DNA of 64,000 nucleotides, from the NCBI GenBank assembly GCA_000002435.2, contig CM018791.1; one strand, 5' to 3'. The translations under genes were made by a program, and so were the position numbers. The notes under the pieces are model-generated. The model saw nothing but the letters and a program-made list of their open reading frames with translations, was not told where the DNA came from and made no database searches. Below, one piece after another: positions 59,000 to 64,000 of the stretch (positions within the stretch are counted from its first letter, which is position 1; every line of letters starts with the position of its first letter). Source of the stretch: Giardia intestinalis. Taxonomy: Eukaryota.

Positions 59000-61900
59000 A
59001 GAGCCTGGCGCCCCCTTCGATCGCTCAACGGGCGTGTGCTCAGGCCGAATGTGCTTCCAGAAGTGCTCGCACGCCAGTCTGTCCAGGCTCCGACCTTCTC
59101 ACGGCCTCGTGTGGTCCCTAGCGGCGACCTCCTCTTTGGTCCTGCTTCATAGCGGGCGAGGGCGGGTCTTTGCGTTCGTTTTACAATGCATCCATCTGTC
59201 ACGACGGCAGTAACCATTGAGGCTCTGGCTCCATTGATGGTCCTGATGCAGCGAGAGTCTATCCTGGCAATATGGAGTGGGCGGGGCTGTGGGTCTGTGG
59301 CTCGCTATGAGGGGGCGTCGTTATTTATCTTTGGCCGTTGCTTCTTCTATGAACGGGTAGGCCCTCTATCGCCGTGGCCCTTTGGGACTGATGATGGTTG
59401 CTTCTGTTGCCCCTCGGTGTCTGATCAGTCCGTGGTTCTGGGCCAGCGCTCCTTCTCAGTCGCAGTCATTCTGGTTCCATAGTGGGTCCGCTTGGTGGTT
59501 GGAAATAGGCTGACAGGGGGCAGTTGCTGGGTACTCATCAGCTGCCACATGGACAGCAAGAGCCAGGCAGAACTCTCGGTGCCCGCTGGTGCCATGGACT
59601 GGACTGAATGGGTGGTGTCCGCCTGTGCCCCTGTCTTCTCGCTGTGGTGTCTATCTGGTCGCTGGATAGCACCCACGCCCACCGCCTTGCACTTGTGACG
59701 GGCTCTGCTCTGGTCGCCGGGCTGGTCTGATCTCCAGCTTGCGTTGCACTCCCCGAGACACGGAGGCAACGATTGCACGGGGCCCCTGGTTGTCCCTCTG
59801 CACCAGTGGAGGAGAGCCCTTGTCTGTTGTCTACGATCAGCCCATCCTCAGAGAGCCTGGCCTGGGCGGGCTGCCGTGCGGCTTCTGAGTGTGCCCCAGG
59901 CGAGTTCAGCAGCACAGCCCTAGAGGTGGCCGGGTGGAGTGAATCACTCGAGGGATGCACGTAAGGAGCGCACAGGTCCGGGGGCGCCCGAACAGGCTCA
60001 GCCCTCGCACCGGCTCCTCCCCGGTCGCCTCAGTCGCGGCGCCACCGAGAAGACGCGTGCCCCGTCCGACGACCCGGCACACGGACCGACGGCTGGCGGA
60101 TCGCATGGCAAGGTGGAATAAAAAGTTTGGAACATTGGCGCTCGCGTGGATCGGGATGCAGCATTCTCCAGGCTGGGAGGCTGTGCGCGCGGGCATTACC
60201 TCTAGCATGTTCCTCACCACGGCCCCAGGCTGATGGGCGGCCGAGGCCTTGTCAGCGTCACGCACGCCTCTTGCCGGCATTGGGCCGCCCGGGATCGTAC
60301 ATAGGCGGGGCTGCAGAGGCCTTCCGCGGCTCCTGCGGGCAGTCGCCTGCTGCGGAGAGCACGCCCAGCTTGGGAGCTCCTCGGGATCACCGTGCAGGTC
60401 ATCGAGACCGGTTCGACGGGCCCCACGTTAAAGGAGGCGCACGGGCCGGCGAGCGTGCCGTCTTTGCAGGCAGGCTCTCGCTGGCCGGGGTGGCGGGGCT
60501 CTCCTGTAGCCCTCCACCGGGAACGCCCTATCTACTGGCAGCGGTTCCACGGTTGCAACGCTACAGGGGCGGGCTGCAGCTCTTCCGCAGGATCTCGTCG
60601 GACAGGCAGTTGGCGTAATCTCACGTGCACTCACCAGGGGCTCCTCGCCCTCGTAGAATAGCACCCCGCACGCCCCAAAGCCAAATCGAAATGCAGCAGG
60701 TGCAGTCGACTCTTCTCGGGTTGTGGCGCTGATCCAATCAGACGCCGCGGCACGCCCCGAGCAGGCTTCATCCAGCAGCGGGTGCTCTAGCCGCGCCCCT
60801 GAGGCAAGTCTGCTTCTGACCCCGTCCCTGTGCCGACCCCAGCGAGCCCCCGACGGCGCCGGAGAAGGAGCGCCTTGCGGAGCCCCTTACTGGCCCCTCG
60901 GTGCAGGAGGATCCCCGGATTACCGATTTGCGTGCAGCAGCGGGCTGGGATGAAGCCGTGGGCACCGATGCCGGGGCACTAGCCACGGAGACAGCAGCGT
61001 TAGTAGCCAGACGAACCTCTATTTCACCCTATGGTTTTTGGGGTCCCAAGTTAGCGCCCCCGGAGCAGCACCGGCTGTACACTGTTCACTGCACTCGGTC
61101 GGCCGGATAGTGTGGCAGCTACGGCTACTCTAATTACGGCGCTTGATGTGTTTACTGCTGGGGAGGCGTTGCTCTCCGCTCTACGGGGTGGCAGGATTGC
61201 TCTCACGTGCACGGTAGTACCAGTGGACGCCCCTCAGCTGCCGGGCCGGAGCGGCTCTTGGATGGGTGATTCTATCCTCCTCCGTGCAGGCGCCCCTCGG
61301 GGCCCAGTAGACGTGCGTTGCTGTGTCCCGCAGCCTGGATCCTTGCCTTCAGACGCCAGCACGGAACTCTCTAAACTTGTCCTCCTGCGGCGTCCTATGC
61401 TGCTATGCGCACTTCGTTTTCAGTAAGCCCTTAAGGTCGCAGTCCAGGACTACCGGCCCCCGCATCATCGGATATGGTTGCTGACTGCGGCCGCTTACGC
61501 AGTCGCAGCTGGTTCCGCACTGGCCCTGTATCGGTAGCCTCGGGCCTGCATCGCCGGTGTGCGGCCCACTTCGCTCTGCGGGTGTACCACGTATAGTTAC
61601 CGGCCTCGGATTTGGTGCACCGCTGGGGCAGATAATAGCAGCAGCAATCCTGCAGCCCCGTGTGGTCGTCTGGCAGTGGATGCGAAGGTTTGCAGGTGGG
61701 AGTGGAGTCTTGGGGCTGCTCTTATCCACGTCACCGGGCGCCGTGGTCAAGGGCTCTGAAGGCATACCCAGCCCTCCGCTGGACGAGGATCGTTGGGCTG
61801 CTCAGAGCCCTGCAAGCTGCGTCCAGGCTGGTATTAGGTGGCCCAATGGCGTAGCAGTGGGAGCTGTGAGGCGAGACCTGCCGTGCACCGAGCGTCGGAC

Positions 61901-63100
61901 CATTGCTACACCGACTCCCCAAAGGGACACACTCAGCCCTGAGCCGGATGCCCACTTGTACTGTGGAATGAGCGCCTTGCATGCTTGCCGTGAGCAGCTA
62001 TCCAAGGCTCGAGGTTAGCGGGCGGGCCCCAGCTATCGCCCTCCATTATCTCAGCCGGCTAGCAAAGAACACTTCTCGAGGCAGCTCCCGACTGGAGGAC
62101 GAGTGGATCTCAGCCGCCGGCACAGAACTCCCCTTCTCCGGGGACGTGATCCTCGGGCCTGTGTGGCTCACGATCTCCATCCCTCCTTTGGGGCGGGCTG
62201 ACTGTAGCCCTTCCGTATCATGGCTAGTGCTCTCTGAAGCTCTGATGACGCGCGGCTGTGTCTTACACGTGTCGTTACAGTGGGACCCGCGCCTGCCCGC
62301 CCTTGCGTCGCTTACGGTGTAACCAGGGGCGACCGGGCACGCTCCTATCGGCACATGGCGCCCTCCGTTGTGCTGGCTCCTGACGGCAGGCCACTCTACC
62401 GGGTCTGGTACTGCAAGGACCACCTATAGCGGGGGCAGGTGCGTCTACGCATCACCTCTGCGCTGTAGACAGTAGACGGCACGCCATCAGTTAGCACAAG
62501 ATCCGGTCCGCGTCTTCTCCGGCTCTGTATCCATCAGGCTGTGCTACCATTACTATAGCCGCCCTATGACAGAACTAGGCCTTGCTTCGCAGAAATCCAA
62601 AAACAAGGGTCGCAGATCGGGCGGCACGGGTCGCCCTCGGGCTAATCCACCGCTGCAGCACGGCCACTGCGGGCACGTCCAGGTGGCCATGGAGCTGGGG
62701 GCGGCCTCGGTCGAGGATCATCGCTCGACGCGCCTCTCCTGCAGCGGCCAGGGCGTCCCGGCCGGTCTCGGGCGAGGAGGACGCTATTGAGGCACGGAGA
62801 AGTACGGTGGCCCACAGGGTTCGGCGGGGGGCCGGATCGCGCAGAGCTGGTCGAGGAGACTAGAGCGCCAGCCAGGCCGGGGCGCCGCCGGGGGAGCCTG
62901 GCGCGAATCCCGATCACGGCGGGAACACCCTCGCACCGATTGGGGACAACACAAGGGCAGGCCACGTAGGAGGCCGTCTTGATTCTCCGCTTTACCCCAG
63001 GACGCATCTGAGCTGCCCACTCGCGCTCTGGTCTGCAGGCAATCAGGGTCTACGGCCGGCACCGGATTACGCTCTTTGGGTCTCCGACATAAATCTAACA
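59000..63100. other. about 4.1 kb GC-rich (roughly 65% GC), ORF-free block of unknown nature
   Basis: There is an abrupt compositional shift from the roughly 50% GC of the flanks. All six frames hold only short Arg/Pro/Ala/Gly-rich ORFs of 170 aa or less, as expected by chance in GC-rich DNA. Degenerate internal repeats are visible, for example GGCTGCAGAGGCCTTCCGCGG and GGCTGCAGCTCTTCCGCAGG. No universal rRNA motifs were found. Confidence 0.5.
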
Positions 63101-63178
63101 AATGCATTATTTTATCAACCAAAAAATGATCACTGGCGAAATTATGTTCGCACACCGGCATAATCCAAAAAGAATTTA
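63101..63178 (+). promoter_or_regulatory. AT-rich upstream/initiator region of the VSP gene
   Basis: The composition switches sharply from GC-rich to AT-rich (AAATCTAACAAATGCATTATTTTATCAACCAAAAAATGATCACTGGCGAAATTATG...AAAAAGAATTTA) directly 5' of the ATG at 63179. Confidence 0.3.
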
Positions 63179-64000
63179 ATGCTATTGACAGCCTTCTGTA
63201 TTATGGCGAGCGTTCTCGCGGCAACCTGTACCGTTGAGGCCAGCACACGAGATTGCGCAGAGAGTAAGTGTGAAATGGTTGGCGGCACTGAAGTTTGTAC
63301 GGAATGTAAATATGCTGGGAATGTCCCAATTAACGGAGCATGTAAGCAAAAAGGTGACAGCGCCGTTACCACTGCTGGTTGCAAAAAGGCAAATGGAACT
63401 GGATTAGCAGAAGACAAGGTATGTGAACGGTGTGACGGTGCCTATTTCCTCTATAAGGGTGGATGTTACGGTGTAGATAACGAACCTGGACAGAAACTCT
63501 GCACCAAGGCCGCGGAGGGAGCATGCACAGAGGCGGCTCCGGGGTACTTTGTTCCACCAAACGTAGCTGGATCAGATCAGTCTGTGATAGCATGTAACTA
63601 CACTATCAGTGTACCAGTTCTTGATGGTAGATCATATATGGGAGTCGCTCACTGTACACTATGTGACTCTCCCAAAATAGCAAGTGATCCTACCCCTAAG
63701 CCTGCAGTGTGCACAGCCTGCGAGGATGGGTACTTCCTCGGAGCAGCTGGTGATAAAGAGAGCAAATGCATATTGTGCGGAGATACATCTGGCAGTACAT
63801 GGAAGGGCGTTGATGGGTGCCTGAAGTGCACTGCATCGGGAAAAGCAGACACCCCTGCCACATGCACTGAGTGCCAAGAAGGCAAGTACCTGAAAGGTGG
63901 CGATCCCACTAGTTGTATTCTCAGAAACGCATGCACCGGAACACACTTCCCCAACGACAATGTAGAGAACAAGAAGAAATGCCTTCCTTGTGGGGAGAAT
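63179..64000 (+). CDS. variant-specific surface protein / high-cysteine membrane protein (VSP/HCMP), partial; continues beyond the window end
   Basis: This frame runs off the window edge and is not in the ORF track. My own translation gives a signal peptide, MLLTAFCIMASVLAATCTVEA. It is followed by a Cys-rich ectodomain with many CxxC pairs (CTECKYAGN..CERCDGAYFLYKGGCYG...CTACEDGYFLG...CILCGD...CLKCTASG...CTECQEGKYLKGG...). The GGCY and GYFL motifs are hallmarks of Giardia VSPs. Confidence 0.85.
   Translation, partial: MLLTAFCIMASVLAATCTVEASTRDCAESKCEMVGGTEVCTECKYAGNVPINGACKQKGDSAVTTAGCKKANGTGLAEDKVCERCDGAYFLYKGGCYGVDNEPGQKLCTKAAEGACTEAAPGYFVPPNVAGSDQSVIACNYTISVPVLDGRSYMGVAHCTLCDSPKIASDPTPKPAVCTACEDGYFLGAAGDKESKCILCGDTSGSTWKGVDGCLKCTASGKADTPATCTECQEGKYLKGGDPTSCILRNACTGTHFPNDNVENKKKCLPCGEN

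Noticed and set aside
59000-63100. That the GC-rich block is a canonical rDNA unit (SSU/5.8S/LSU), as often found next to VSP genes near Giardia telomeres
   Set aside because: I searched both strands by eye for universal rRNA cores: GTGCCAGCAGCCGCGGTAA, GGTGGTGCATGGCCG, GTACACACCGCCCGTC, AGTACGAGAGGAAC, GAGCTGGGTTTAGACCGTCGTGAGACAGGT and the Giardia SSU 5' end CATCCGGTCGATCCTGCC. I found only short chance resemblances, such as GGATAGCTGCTCAC on the minus strand at about 61990 and TTACTATAGC at about 62550. No (TAGGG)n telomere repeats are present either. An IGS-like or highly degenerate relic remains possible.
1-64000. That the window holds prokaryotic features such as CRISPR arrays, operons, defence islands, or tRNA or rRNA genes
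   Set aside because: The gene content is eukaryotic: dynein, IFT81, CDK, ankyrin and NEK proteins. I saw no direct-repeat/spacer arrays. I did not spot canonical tRNA T-arm motifs (GGTTCGAATCC-like) in the intergenic regions I scanned.

Overview
The window reads as compact, essentially intron-free eukaryotic nuclear DNA, with ORFs of up to 2297 aa on both strands and intergenic spacers often under 200 bp. The gene content points to a diplomonad, most likely Giardia. It has a cysteine-rich surface protein with CxxC pairs and a GGCY motif. It has NEK-like kinases fused to ankyrin arrays. It has large ankyrin-only proteins resembling the Giardia Protein 21.1 family. It has a cytosolic-type [FeFe]-hydrogenase, and flagellar genes (IFT81, an axonemal or cytoplasmic dynein heavy chain). 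GC content is near 50%. I found no prokaryotic operon structure, no CRISPR array and no rRNA or tRNA genes.

About 33 protein-coding genes are supported. Those I can assign with reasonable support are:
- an [FeFe]-hydrogenase
- an IFT81-like protein
- an MFS sugar porter
- a eukaryotic-type glutathione synthetase
- a CDK
- a CNNM/DUF21-CBS transporter
- two kinase-dead NEK-like proteins
- a dynein heavy-chain N-terminal fragment
- a partial VSP/HCMP
- a partial Myb-domain protein

The rest are lineage-specific hypothetical proteins.

The most interesting points are:
1. The dynein heavy-chain ORF terminates exactly at a conserved AAA1 position and is followed by a splice-donor-like ATATGTT and a TG-rich tract. 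This fits a 5' piece of a trans-spliced (split-intron) dynein gene.
2. A roughly 4.1 kb block at 59.0-63.1 kb is about 65% GC and ORF-free, with no rRNA signatures. It sits between a decayed NEK-ankyrin pseudogene and a VSP gene, which gives the locus a subtelomere-like look.
3. An intact eu-type glutathione synthetase homolog is present in a lineage reported to lack glutathione.
4. Gene packing is extreme, including shared or overlapping stop and start codons and a candidate bidirectional promoter of about 30 bp.
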